This document shows positions 1 to 10,418 of a DNA stretch of 32,000 bases, in pieces. The notes beneath the pieces were generated by a model that was given only the letters and a program-made list of their open reading frames with translations, did no database searches and was not told the origin of the DNA. This stretch comes from Wigglesworthia glossinidia endosymbiont of Glossina brevipalpis (GTDB taxonomy: Bacteria > Pseudomonadota > Gammaproteobacteria > Enterobacterales > Enterobacteriaceae), in the NCBI GenBank assembly GCA_000008885.1, contig BA000021.3:180001-212000 (forward strand), read 5' to 3'. The translations under genes and the position numbers were made by a program. Each line of letters starts with the position of its first letter. Within the stretch, counting starts at the first letter, position 1.

Positions 1-322
1 TTAAATTAATTTTTTTTGCATATTGCTTTAATAAAGTGTTTTCTATTATTTTTAATAACACTTGATTTTTAAAAAAATTTAATTTGTGTTCATTTATATC
101 TAAATTGTCATTTATATTATTATTTATTTTAAAATTCATCATATTTTGTTGAAATTTATCATAAGAAATTTTTTCGTTATTTATTTTGATAATGTAACTT
201 TCATTATTTCCTGAAAAATATGTTCCTAATCCTGTTAAAAACAAAGATAAAATTAAGAAAATCAAAATAAATTTGTATATAATTTTTTTTGGTTTAAATA
301 ATAATTTTTTTTTGATAATCAT
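1..322 (-). CDS. ppiD: Peptidyl-prolyl cis-trans isomerase D, N-terminal part (runs off the window edge)
   Basis: Not in the ORF track. Hand translation of the minus strand from ATG at 322-320 gives MIIKKKLLFKPKKIIYKFILIFLILSLFLTGLGTYFSGNNESYIIKINNEKISYDKFQQNMMNFKINNINDNLDINEHKLNFFKNQVLLKIIENTLLKQYAKKINL. This has the N-terminal TM anchor, the SurA_N-like 'Y..KINNEKIS...F' and the 'L..QVL..II...LL.QYA...' pattern of PpiD. It sits next to lon as expected (hupB missing). Confidence 0.85.
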   Translation of the reverse strand, partial: MIIKKKLLFKPKKIIYKFILIFLILSLFLTGLGTYFSGNNESYIIKINNEKISYDKFQQNMMNFKINNNINDNLDINEHKLNFFKNQVLLKIIENTLLKQYAKKINL

Positions 323-381
323 ATCAATAAAATAATTTTATAACATTTATTCAAATATTTAATTAAAAATACTATATTTAT

Positions 382-2712
382 TTAGAAAATAGAATCTTGC
401 AAAGATATATTAAACACTTCATCAATAATTTTTACTGGATGAATATTAAGTTCTTTAATTACATTTTCTGGCATATTTTCTAAATTTCTTTTATTTTCAT
501 AAGGAATTAAAACTGTTTTAATACCTCCTCTATGAGCAGCAAGAAGCTTTTCTTTTAACCCTCCAATTGGTAAAATTTGTCCTCTTAAAGTTATTTCTCC
601 TGTCATTGCTAAGCTTGAATTTACTGGATTTTTTGTTAAACATGAAACCAAAGCAGTACACATAGCTATTCCAGCGCTGGGACCGTCTTTAGGAGTAGAA
701 CCTTCTGGAACATGAACATGTATATCGTTTTTTTCATAAAAATCTGATTTTATTCCTAGTTTATTCGCTCTAGACCTGACAACTGTCAAAGCTGCTTGTA
801 TAGATTCTTGCATTACTTCTCCCAAAGATCCTGTGTAAATTAATTTGCCTTTTCCAGGCACGCAAGCAGTTTCTATAGTTAATAAATCACCTCCTACCTC
901 AGTCCATGCTAAACCTATTACTTGTCCTATTTTATTTTCTATTTCTGCTTTTCCATAATCAAATTTTTTAACGCCGAGAAAATCTTTTAAATTTTTTTTA
1001 TTTATTTTTATTCTATTTATGTTTTTGTTCATTAGTATAATCTTTACAGATTTTCTACATAGTTTCGAAATTTCTCTTTCTAAATTTCTTACTCCTGCTT
1101 CTCTAGTATAATAACGAATTATCCCCATCAGAGCATTATCTTCAACGTAAATTTCATTTTCTTTTAAAGCATTTCTATTTACCTGTTTAGGAAAAAGATG
1201 TTTTCTAGCAATATTTAATTTTTCATCTTCGGTATAACTAGATAATCTAATTACTTCCATGCGATCTAGAAGTGGAGCTGGTATCCTCATCGAGTTGGAA
1301 GTCGCAACAAACATGACGTCTGATAAATCATAATCCACTTCCAAATAATGATCATTAAATGCAATATTTTGCTCTGGATCTAACACTTCTAACAAGGCTG
1401 ATGCAGGATCACCTCTCATATCTGTAGACATTTTATCAATTTCATCAAGCAAAAATAATGGATTTTTTACTCCTACTTTAGACATCTTTTGTATTATTTT
1501 ACCTGGCATAGAACCTATATAAGTTCTTCTATGTCCGCGAATTTCCGCTTCATCTCTCATACCTCCTAAAGCCATTCTTATATATTTTCTTCCCGTGGCT
1601 TTTGCTATGGATTGACCTAAAGAAGTTTTTCCTACACCAGGTGGTCCCATTAAACATAAAATTGGACCTTTTATCTTTAAAACCCTGCTTTGAACAGCCA
1701 AGTATTCTAATATACGATCTTTAACTTTTTTTAATCCATAATGGTCTTTATCTAATATTTTTTGAGCAATTGATAGATTTTTTTTTATTTTACTTCTATT
1801 GTGCCATGGAACGGAGATCATCCAATCTATATATCCACGTACAACAGTTGCTTCTGCTGACATAGGAGACATCATTTTTAATTTTTGCAATTCAGAATCT
1901 GCTTTTTTCTTTACTTCTTTTGGCATTTTAGATAATTCAATTTTTCTTTTTAAAGATTCATGTTCGTCTGGATTATCTTCCATTTCTCCTAGTTCTTTTT
2001 GTATTGCTTTTATTTGTTCATTTAAATAATATTCTCTTTGACTTTTTTCCATTTGCTTTTTTACTCTATTTCTTATTCTTTTCTCTATTTGCAAAAGATC
2101 CATTTCTGATTCCATCATAGCCATTAAATATTCTAATCTTTCTGCAACAGATATCATTTCTAAAACTGCTTGTTTTCCAGATAGTTTTAAAGGCATATGG
2201 GAAGCTATAGTATCTGCTAACCTAGCTGCATCATTGATAGAACTCAAAGATGACAAAACTTCTGTTGGAATTTTTTTATTTAATTTAATATAATTTTCAA
2301 ATTGATTTATAGTAGCTCTTATTAAAACCTCTTGTTCTTGTTCATTAACTGATGTTGTATTAAAATAATTAGCTTCTGCAGTAAAATAATCTCCATTGTT
2401 TTTTAAAGAAATAATACGAGCTCTAGAAATACCTTCTACTAACACTTTTACTGTACCATCAGGAAGCTTTAACATTTGCAAAATTGAAGAAATAGTTCCT
2501 ACTAAAAAAAGATCATCTATATTTGGTTCATCTTTTGATGCTTCTTTTTGAGCAATCAACATAATTTTTTTATCTTTATCCATAGAAATTTCGAGACATC
2601 GAATTGATTTTTCTCTTCCTACAAAAAGAGGTACGACCATATGAGGATATACGACAACATCTCTTAAAGGAAGTACTGGAATATCTATTTGTTGGGAGTG
2701 CTCAGGATTCAT
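382..2712 (-). CDS. lon: ATP-dependent protease Lon
   Basis: 776 aa, near full length. Walker A GPPGVGKTS; proteolytic Ser motif PEGSTPKDGPSAG; catalytic Lys region GGLKEKLLAAHRGG; syntenic with clpX/clpP/tig. Confidence 0.98.
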   Translation of the reverse strand: MNPEHSQQIDIPVLPLRDVVVYPHMVVPLFVGREKSIRCLEISMDKDKKIMLIAQKEASKDEPNIDDLFLVGTISSILQMLKLPDGTVKVLVEGISRARIISLKNNGDYFTAEANYFNTTSVNEQEQEVLIRATINQFENYIKLNKKIPTEVLSSLSSINDAARLADTIASHMPLKLSGKQAVLEMISVAERLEYLMAMMESEMDLLQIEKRIRNRVKKQMEKSQREYYLNEQIKAIQKELGEMEDNPDEHESLKRKIELSKMPKEVKKKADSELQKLKMMSPMSAEATVVRGYIDWMISVPWHNRSKIKKNLSIAQKILDKDHYGLKKVKDRILEYLAVQSRVLKIKGPILCLMGPPGVGKTSLGQSIAKATGRKYIRMALGGMRDEAEIRGHRRTYIGSMPGKIIQKMSKVGVKNPLFLLDEIDKMSTDMRGDPASALLEVLDPEQNIAFNDHYLEVDYDLSDVMFVATSNSMRIPAPLLDRMEVIRLSSYTEDEKLNIARKHLFPKQVNRNALKENEIYVEDNALMGIIRYYTREAGVRNLEREISKLCRKSVKIILMNKNINRIKINKKNLKDFLGVKKFDYGKAEIENKIGQVIGLAWTEVGGDLLTIETACVPGKGKLIYTGSLGEVMQESIQAALTVVRSRANKLGIKSDFYEKNDIHVHVPEGSTPKDGPSAGIAMCTALVSCLTKNPVNSSLAMTGEITLRGQILPIGGLKEKLLAAHRGGIKTVLIPYENKRNLENMPENVIKELNIHPVKIIDEVFNISLQDSIF

Positions 2713-2894
2713 AATAAGTCTCTCTTAATTTATTTTATTATTTATTTATAACATTAATAATATAATAATTATTTAATATAAAGAATTAGCGAATTCCAAA
2801 TTTGTAATTTATTTGCTAAATTAGTATTTAAAATAAAAATAAAAATTTTTATATTTTAAAAATTTTTATTTATTTAATTCATTATTATTTATTT

Positions 2895-4142
2895 TTAATT
2901 GAAAATAAATAATGGTTTTTCTTTTCTTAAAATTACTCCATCATTAATAACTATTTTTTGAACATTCTTCTTAGAAGGAAGAGAATACATAGTATCCAGC
3001 AAAATATGTTCTATAATTGATCTTAATCCGCGAGCACCAGTTTTTTTATGAAGAGATTCTTTTGCTATAGAAATGAGTGCATTTTCATTAAATTCTAATT
3101 CTACTCCTTCTAAATTAAATAATAATTTATATTGTTTGACCAATGCATTTTTTGGTTGTATTAAAATTTCAATCAATTCTGATATATTTAATTCTTTTAA
3201 TACTGATATAATTGGTAATCTACCTACAAACTCTGGTATTAATCCAAATTTAATCAAATCTTCTGGCTGTACTTGTGATAAAAAATTTTTTTTATTATTT
3301 ATATTTAACTTATTATTTATATCGACATTAAATCCTATACTGTTTTTTACTAAAACCCTTTGTTCAATTATTTTATTGAGACCAGAAAATGCTCCTCCGC
3401 AAATAAATAAAATGTTAGTAGTATCTACATGAAAAAATTCTTGTTGAGGATGTTTTCTACCTCCTTTTTTAGGAACAGCTGAAATTGTACCTTCAATTAA
3501 TTTTAATAAAGCTTGTTGTACACCTTCACCCGAAACATCTCTTGTTATAGATGGATTGTCTGATTTTCTTGATATTTTATCAATTTCATCTATATATATA
3601 ATACCATGTTGTGCTTTCTTAATATCAAAATCACATTTATTAAGCAATCTTTGTATTACATTCTCGACATCTTCTCCTACATATCCAGCTTCTGTTAGCG
3701 TAGTTGCATCTGATATTATAAATGGAACTTTAAGAAATCTAGCTAAAGTTTCTGCTAAAAGAGTTTTTCCACTTCCAGTTGGTCCTATTAACAATACGTT
3801 ACTTTTACCTAATTCAACTTTATTATTAGATTTTAGGTTTTTTAGCTTTTTATAATGATTGTATACTGATACAGATAATATCTTTTTTGCTGTTTCTTGC
3901 CCGATAACATAACTGTTTAAATAGTTGAATATTTCACATGGTTTAGGTAAATACATATTTTCATATAAAGAAAATTCTAATTGTTTTTTTTCTTCTTGTA
4001 CTATATTGTTGCATAAAATTACACATTCGTCGCAAATATATACTGACATTCCAGCAATTAATTTTTTTACTTCATTTTGATTTTTTCCGCAGAAAGAGCA
4101 GCAAAGAAATTTATTGGAAACATTTTTACGATTATCTATCAT
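2895..4142 (-). CDS. clpX: ATP-dependent Clp protease ATP-binding subunit ClpX
   Basis: 415 aa. N-terminal four-Cys zinc domain CSFCGKN...CDECVILC, Walker A GPTGSGKT, pore/RKH loop [11 protein letters not shown] loop (SIGFN) and sensor region [11 protein letters not shown] present. Confidence 0.98.
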
Positions 4143-4235
4143 TAATAACTCTCTATTAAATATTAATTTATATGATAAGTTAAGATCAATTTTTAATAAA
4201 AATTAATTTAATATTTAATTTTTTAAATTAAAATA

Positions 4236-4820
4236 TTATTTACGACATGTTATTACTTTATCAATTAACCCGTAAATAACAGCTTCTGATCCGGAAAAAA
4301 ATCTATCTCTTTCTGTATCTTTAGAAATTATTTCTGCAGACTGTCCTGTATGTTTTGATAATAATTCAATCATGCATTTTTTTATTTTTAAAATTTCTGT
4401 AGTATGTATTGCAATATCAGTCGCTTGCCCTTGAGATCCGCCTAAAGGTTGATGAATCATTATTCTAGCATTAGGCAAAGAAAATCTTTTTCCTTTTTCT
4501 CCAGATGCTAGTATTAAAGCTGCCATAGAGGATGACTGCCCTATACATAATGTACTAACTTCGCACTTTATAAATTGCATAGTGTCATAAATAGACATTC
4601 CAGATGTTACAACTCCTCCTGGAGAATTGATATATAAAAATATATCTTTTTCTGGATCTTCTGATTCTAAAAATATCATTTGAGCAATAATCAAATTTGC
4701 CATATAATCTTCTATTTTTCCAGTTACAAAAATTATACGTTCTTTTAATAGGCGTGAAAAAATGTCATAAGATCTTTCACCTCTAGCATTTTTTTCTACA
4801 ACTGTTGGAATTAAATTCAT
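4236..4820 (-). CDS. clpP: ATP-dependent Clp protease proteolytic subunit ClpP
   Basis: 194 aa. Family motifs [22 protein letters not shown] (catalytic Ser), MIHQPLGG (catalytic His), [20 protein letters not shown]. Confidence 0.97.
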   Translation of the reverse strand: MNLIPTVVEKNARGERSYDIFSRLLKERIIFVTGKIEDYMANLIIAQMIFLESEDPEKDIFLYINSPGGVVTSGMSIYDTMQFIKCEVSTLCIGQSSSMAALILASGEKGKRFSLPNARIMIHQPLGGSQGQATDIAIHTTEILKIKKCMIELLSKHTGQSAEIISKDTERDRFFSGSEAVIYGLIDKVITCRK

Positions 4821-4933
4821 TTTTATATTTTAAAATTATTATATATTAGATGTGATATTAGAAAAAATTAAGTATAAAAATTTCAAAAAAAAATTATTTT
4901 ATTATATCAATTTTTTAAAATTTTTTATTTATT

Positions 4934-6241
4934 TTATTTATAATTTTCTAAATTTTTAATAAGGTTTTTTAAATTTATTTTTTTTTCTTTATTTACAGAT
5001 TTAGAGAGAATATATTTAATTATATTATTTTCTAAATTAGAATTTATTATTTTTTTTGTAAAATTTTTATTATTTTTATATTTTTTCCAAAATTTTTTAG
5101 GAATTTTATTTTCTTCTAATGTTTTTTCTACCAAATATTTTTCATTTATATTATTTTTTCTTATTTTTTTATGTAAAAAAAATTCTCCAAAAAACATTCT
5201 GTGTTTAGTTTTATTAATTAATTTATTTTTAATGCTACTATGAAGTAATGATAAAACATTTATTTTAGAAAAATCATTTAAATTACAATTTAAATTTGTA
5301 CTTAAAAAATTTTTTATTTCATTCTCGAACAATATGCTAGGAATATTAATTTTGTTATATAAAAAAAATTTTTTTACTATTTGATTTTTTATATACATTT
5401 TAGACAAATATTCTGATTGAATAAATATATTCTTTTTAATTAAAATTTTAAATTCTTCATAAGAAGAAATTCCTTCTATTCCAATCTTTTTAAAAAATTT
5501 TGAATTAAAATTATGTAATACTTTTTTTTCTACTTTTTTTATTTTTATTATATAGTTTAATGATAATTTATTATATTTTACAATATTTTTTTGTTTATTT
5601 AAAAATAAAGGTAAAATAATATATTCTCCAGATTTCTTATCTAAAAGATTATCTTCAATATAATTACAAATTATATTTTTTCCTGTTATAAAAATTAAAT
5701 TTGAAATTACTTTATTAGGTTTTTTGTTTTTGCATATTTCTTCTATACTTATAGTAACTCTATTTTGTTTTAAAATGCTTGAATCGCTTATATTCCAATC
5801 ACAATTTTCTTCAATTATAGTATTAATAAAAAAATCTATATCTTCATTTTCTATTTTTAATATAGGTTGTTTTATTATAATTTTATCTAAATTATTAAAT
5901 TTTAATTTATTATAATATGAAAATTTTATATATAAATTATAATTTTTGTTTTTATTATCTATTTTTACTTTATAATTTATTTCTCCTAAAATTATAATTT
6001 TTTTATTTAAAATATATTCTGAAAATTTTTTTTTCATTAATTCTTTAATTGTATCTTCATATATATGAGCTTCATATTTATTTTTCAAAATTAATTTAGG
6101 AACTTTGCCTTTTCTAAAACCATTAATACAAATTTTTTTTTGCATTATTTTAAGTTTTTTATCTACTTCTAATTCAACCTCATAATAAGAAATAATAATT
6201 TTTATTTCTTTTTTTAAATTTGAAATTTCTTGAATTTGCAT
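4934..6241 (-). CDS. tig: Trigger factor (ribosome-associated chaperone/PPIase), strongly diverged
   Basis: 435 aa. N-terminal ribosome-binding signature INGFRKGKVPK (E. coli GFRKGKVP), central region resembling the PPIase domain, position immediately upstream of clpP. Confidence 0.93.
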   Translation of the reverse strand: MQIQEISNLKKEIKIIISYYEVELEVDKKLKIMQKKICINGFRKGKVPKLILKNKYEAHIYEDTIKELMKKKFSEYILNKKIIILGEINYKVKIDNKNKNYNLYIKFSYYNKLKFNNLDKIIIKQPILKIENEDIDFFINTIIEENCDWNISDSSILKQNRVTISIEEICKNKKPNKVISNLIFITGKNIICNYIEDNLLDKKSGEYIILPLFLNKQKNIVKYNKLSLNYIIKIKKVEKKVLHNFNSKFFKKIGIEGISSYEEFKILIKKNIFIQSEYLSKMYIKNQIVKKFFLYNKINIPSILFENEIKNFLSTNLNCNLNDFSKINVLSLLHSSIKNKLINKTKHRMFFGEFFLHKKIRKNNINEKYLVEKTLEENKIPKKFWKKYKNNKNFTKKIINSNLENNIIKYILSKSVNKEKKINLKNLIKNLENYK

Positions 6242-6667
6242 ATTTTATATTTAAAATTTTATATAAAAATAAATATTATGTATATTTTAACTTAAAGTAA
6301 AATATTTTCAAAAATAAATATATTGAATAATACATATAAATTTTAGTATTAAATTAATTTTTGTAAAAATATTAATTTTATTATTCATTATATGAGAAAA
6401 AAAAATATTTACAAAAAATATTTTTATGTACTAATTTTTATTAAAATATAAATAATAAATAAAAGTGATTTATGTAAAAACTATTTATAATTTATATAAA
6501 AATATTTATTTTAAAATTCTTATATATAATAATTTTTATAAATTAATTAATAACAAATAAATTTTATTGTTTATTATGAATGTTAAATAAATGCTTATTT
6601 TTTTCATCAAATTTCAAATTAACTTTTTAAATTTTTTTAAAAATTAAATACATATATTTTTATATAA

Positions 6668-7834
6668 TTAAAAATTATTTTTGTATGAAAAAGTAATATA
6701 TATCCAAATTAAAATAATTAATATTAAAAATAAAAATACTAAAAAATCATTTTTATTATAAAATAATAATCCTCCTATTAACCCTCCAAAAGCTACTCCA
6801 AAAAATTGACTAGTAGAATATATTCCCATTGCAGTTCCTTTATATTTTAAAGGTGCTATTTTACTAATACATGCTGGTAATATAACTTCTAATGCACTAA
6901 ATCCTAAAAAAAACATCTGAATTCCAATATAAGAAATATATATATTTTTACTATTGAATAGTAAAAATATTTCTGAAATTAATAACATAGAAATAAAAAA
7001 ATATAATTTTTTATTAATGTTCTTTGAATAATTAAATTTAAAAAAACTAAATAATATTGATAATATTAATAAAGAAATCAAAATGCTTAAAAAGTATACC
7101 TTCCAGTGGTTTTTCAAAGAACATCCTGCATTAGAAATTAAAAACGGAAATACTATAAAATTAGAAATTAAAATAGAATGTAGAAAAAAAATACTTAAAT
7201 TAATATACATAATAAATTTATTATTAAAAATACTTGTAAATGCATTTTTAAATGTTTTTATATTTTTATTGTTTGTTTTATTTGAACTTGGAATTATAAA
7301 TAAAATCAAAAAAATGCTTAAAATAGACAAAAATAATGTAATCCAAAATATACTTTTTATTCCAAAATTTATAGCTAAAATTGGCCCAAATATAATAGAC
7401 AAAGCAAATGTTATTCCAAAGCTAGAACCAATAAAAGCCATAGATTTTATTCTATTTTTTTCACTAGTTAAATCTGTTATTAAAGCCATAATTACAGAAG
7501 AAATCGCACCCATTCCTTGTATTGCACGTCCTAATATTATTATCCATATATTATTGAATATTCCACATATAAAACTTCCTATTATTATTAATAAAAAACC
7601 AATTATTATTATATTTTTTCTTCCATATTTATCTGAAAGTAATCCGAATGGAATTTGAAATATTGATTGAGTTACTCCATAAATCCCAATAGATATACCT
7701 ATTAAAAAAGAATTAGCTCCATTAAATGACATTCCATAATTACTCAAAACAGGCAATATCATAAAAACTCCAAACATACGAAATGAAAATATTATGCTTA
7801 ATACATATAAAAATTTTTTTTCTAAATTGTTCAT
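6668..7834 (-). CDS. yajR: MFS transporter of the YajR type, lacking the C-terminal YAM domain
   Basis: 388 aa. Closely follows E. coli YajR as recalled: SFRMFGVFMILPVLSNYG, GIYGVTQSIFQIPFGLLSDKYGRK, GRAIQGMGAI, APLKYKGTAMGIYSTSQFFGVAFGG. Stops about 65 aa earlier than E. coli YajR. Confidence 0.88.
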   Translation of the reverse strand: MNNLEKKFLYVLSIIFSFRMFGVFMILPVLSNYGMSFNGANSFLIGISIGIYGVTQSIFQIPFGLLSDKYGRKNIIIIGFLLIIIGSFICGIFNNIWIIILGRAIQGMGAISSVIMALITDLTSEKNRIKSMAFIGSSFGITFALSIIFGPILAINFGIKSIFWITLFLSILSIFLILFIIPSSNKTNNKNIKTFKNAFTSIFNNKFIMYINLSIFFLHSILISNFIVFPFLISNAGCSLKNHWKVYFLSILISLLILSILFSFFKFNYSKNINKKLYFFISMLLISEIFLLFNSKNIYISYIGIQMFFLGFSALEVILPACISKIAPLKYKGTAMGIYSTSQFFGVAFGGLIGGLLFYNKNDFLVFLFLILIILIWIYITFSYKNNF

Positions 7835-8009
7835 AATTATTTATAATTAAATTAATATAAAATTTATTTTTATATAAAAAATAATTATATATTAATTTTT
7901 TAAATTTATTATTTTGTATTAAATTTTATTTAAATTTAATTAAATTTAAAAATAAATAAAATAGTTAAATTTTTTACAAATTTATATTCATGTTTAAATA
8001 TGTTTAGAA

Positions 8010-9023
8010 TTAAATTACTTTTTGTGAAAATTTTAACATTCGCATTAATGGTTTTAGCGCCTTTTTTTGTAGATCATGTGGTATATTTATTTCATTATGT
8101 TTTTTTTTATTAGTTAAACTTTTTATAATCCTATTTATATTATTCATTTTCATCCATGGACACCTTGCACAACTTAAACACGTTAATCCTTCTCCTGATG
8201 TTGGAGCTTCTATTAGTATTTTATCTGGACAAGCTTGTTGCATTTTAAAAAAAATTCCTTTATCAGTAGCAATAATGATCGTTTTTTGATTTATTGATTT
8301 AGCAGCTTGTATTAATTGACTTGTAGATCCTATAAAATCTGCTAAATTCAGAACGTTTTCCGGAGACTCAGGATGAGCTAATATAGCAGATTTTGGATAA
8401 ATTTTTTTCATATTTAATAATGATTGTGATTTAAATTCATCATGAACTATACAAGTTCCATTCCATATTAATATATCTGCTCCAGTTTGTTTTTGAATGT
8501 ATCTGCCTAAATGTTTATCTGGAGCCCATATTATTTTTTCACCAAGTCTATCTAAATAATCAATAAGATCAATTGCTATACTAGATGTAACTATCCAATG
8601 AGCTCTTGCTTTTATAGCAGCTGATGTATTTGCATATACAACTATAGTTCTATCTGGATGATTATCACAAAATTTATTAAACTCTTTTTCTGGACAGCTT
8701 AAGTCTAAAGAACATTCTGCTTTTAACGTAGGCATTAAAACTATTTTTTCTGGATTTAAAATTTTAGCAGTTTCACCCATAAATCTTACTCCAGCAACTA
8801 ATAAAGTTTTTGCTTTATGATTTTTCCCAAACTTTGCCATTTCTAAAGAATCTGCTACTTTTCCTCCTGTGGCCTCAGTAATAGCTTGTATATCAGGAGT
8901 AGTATAATAATGAGAAACAATAACGGCATCATTGATTTTTAATAAATTTGATATTATTTTAAAATCTTTAGATTTTTTTATATCAGACGATAAATATGAA
9001 TCGGTTTCTTTTTTTTTACTCAT
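8010..9023 (-). CDS. nadA: Quinolinate synthase A
   Basis: 337 aa. [60 protein letters not shown] (Fe-S cysteine region). Confidence 0.97.
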   Translation of the reverse strand: MSKKKETDSYLSSDIKKSKDFKIISNLLKINDAVIVSHYYTTPDIQAITEATGGKVADSLEMAKFGKNHKAKTLLVAGVRFMGETAKILNPEKIVLMPTLKAECSLDLSCPEKEFNKFCDNHPDRTIVVYANTSAAIKARAHWIVTSSIAIDLIDYLDRLGEKIIWAPDKHLGRYIQKQTGADILIWNGTCIVHDEFKSQSLLNMKKIYPKSAILAHPESPENVLNLADFIGSTSQLIQAAKSINQKTIIIATDKGIFFKMQQACPDKILIEAPTSGEGLTCLSCARCPWMKMNNINRIIKSLTNKKKHNEINIPHDLQKKALKPLMRMLKFSQKVI

Positions 9024-9446
9024 AAATATATATCTCCAAAAATTAAAATAAATAATTATATTAAAAGTAAAGCAAGTACAAATATTTTATTTGATAAAAA
9101 TAAATATTGAATTTTTATTTAAAAATTTTTATTTAATTTATTTATACATAAAACATATTATTAATAATATAATTTATAATTAATGTTTATTATGAAAATA
9201 ACATAATTAAATATTTTTGTAAAAAGCTTTTATAAGTATAAAATATATATTTTATAAAATATTAAAATTAATAAATTTTATATTTAAATATTTTTAATAA
9301 TATTATTAATTATAAAATAGAAAATTAAAAAATATAAAATGAAACATTTAAAAAATTTTTAATACTTATATATGGTGTGTTATATTTTATAAAAAATGAT
9401 TTTTGTTTTAATGAAGTTTAAAAATTTTTAAATATTAAATATATTT

Positions 9447-10418
9447 ATGTTAAATTTTAAAAAATTATCAATAATAATACCTGTATACAACGAACAAGAT
9501 AGTTTAATTGAACTAATTAAACGTACTGTTAATACTTGTTCTAAATTAAAAATAAAATATGAAATAATAATAATAGATGATGGAAGTAACGATAAATCTA
9601 TAAATATTTTAGAAAAAGAAGCTTTAAAACAAAATAGCAAAATAGTAGCAATTTTTTTAAAAAAAAATTATGGGCAACACTCTGCAATTATGGCTGGATT
9701 TAAGCATTCTAGTGGAGACCTAGTTATTACTATGGATGCAGATTTACAAAATCCTCCAGAAGAAATTCCTAAGTTAATTTTAAATGCTGAAAAAGGATAT
9801 GATGTAATAGGAACTTTTAGACAGAATAGAAAAGATAATTGGTTCAGAAAAATTAGCTCTAGATTAATTAATATTATAATTCAAATAGTTATTGGAAAAA
9901 GCATGAAAGATTATGGATGTATGCTTCGTGCTTACAATAGAAATATAATAAATTCTATTTTAGAATATAACAAAAAAAATATTTTTATTCCAATTTTAGC
10001 AAATACATTATCTAAAAATATAATTGAAATACCAGTGTTACATTATGAAAGAGAATTTGGGTGTTCTAAATATAATCTTATTAAATTAATTAAATTAATA
10101 TATGATTTATTCTTTTGTATTTCTTTTAATTTAATAAAAAAAAACAAAATGTTCAATATTTTTATTATATTAATATTTTTGGCTGTTTTAATGTCAATAG
10201 TATTTTTTTTTATTTTTTTTCTTAAAATAAAATTAAATATTTTTTATAAAATATTATTTATCCCAATTATAATAACTTTATTCTTAATAAAATCATTTAT
10301 AATAATAATATTAAAAATACTTATTGATATCTTTTTTGTCAAAGCTAAAAAAAATTCTATTTATTATATAAATAAAATTATTAAAAATAATTTTTCTAAA
10401 AAAAAGGATGTTACATGA
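9447..10418 (+). CDS. arnC: Undecaprenyl-phosphate 4-deoxy-4-formamido-L-arabinose transferase
   Basis: 323 aa GT2 enzyme. [60 protein letters not shown], two C-terminal TM segments; followed directly by arnA (4-nt overlap). Confidence 0.96.

Noticed and set aside
1799-2029. Plus-strand ORF (76 aa) inside lon
   Set aside because: Antisense to a strongly conserved CDS and no recognisable family; chance ORF.
6242-6667. ~430-bp AT-rich gap between tig and yajR, inspected for bolA/ampG/cyo remnants or small RNAs
   Set aside because: No ORF, tRNA-like or GC-rich structured element recognised by eye; treated as eroded spacer.
7083-7658. Plus-strand 191-aa ORF antisense to yajR
   Set aside because: Mirror of the TM-rich yajR coding sequence in a low-complexity AT-rich genome; no domain-like motif or RBS context.
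9024-9446. ~420-bp spacer between divergent nadA and arnC, inspected for an arnB remnant
   Set aside because: No stretch resembling ArnB (PLP-lysine motif) could be read; probably promoter region plus spacer.
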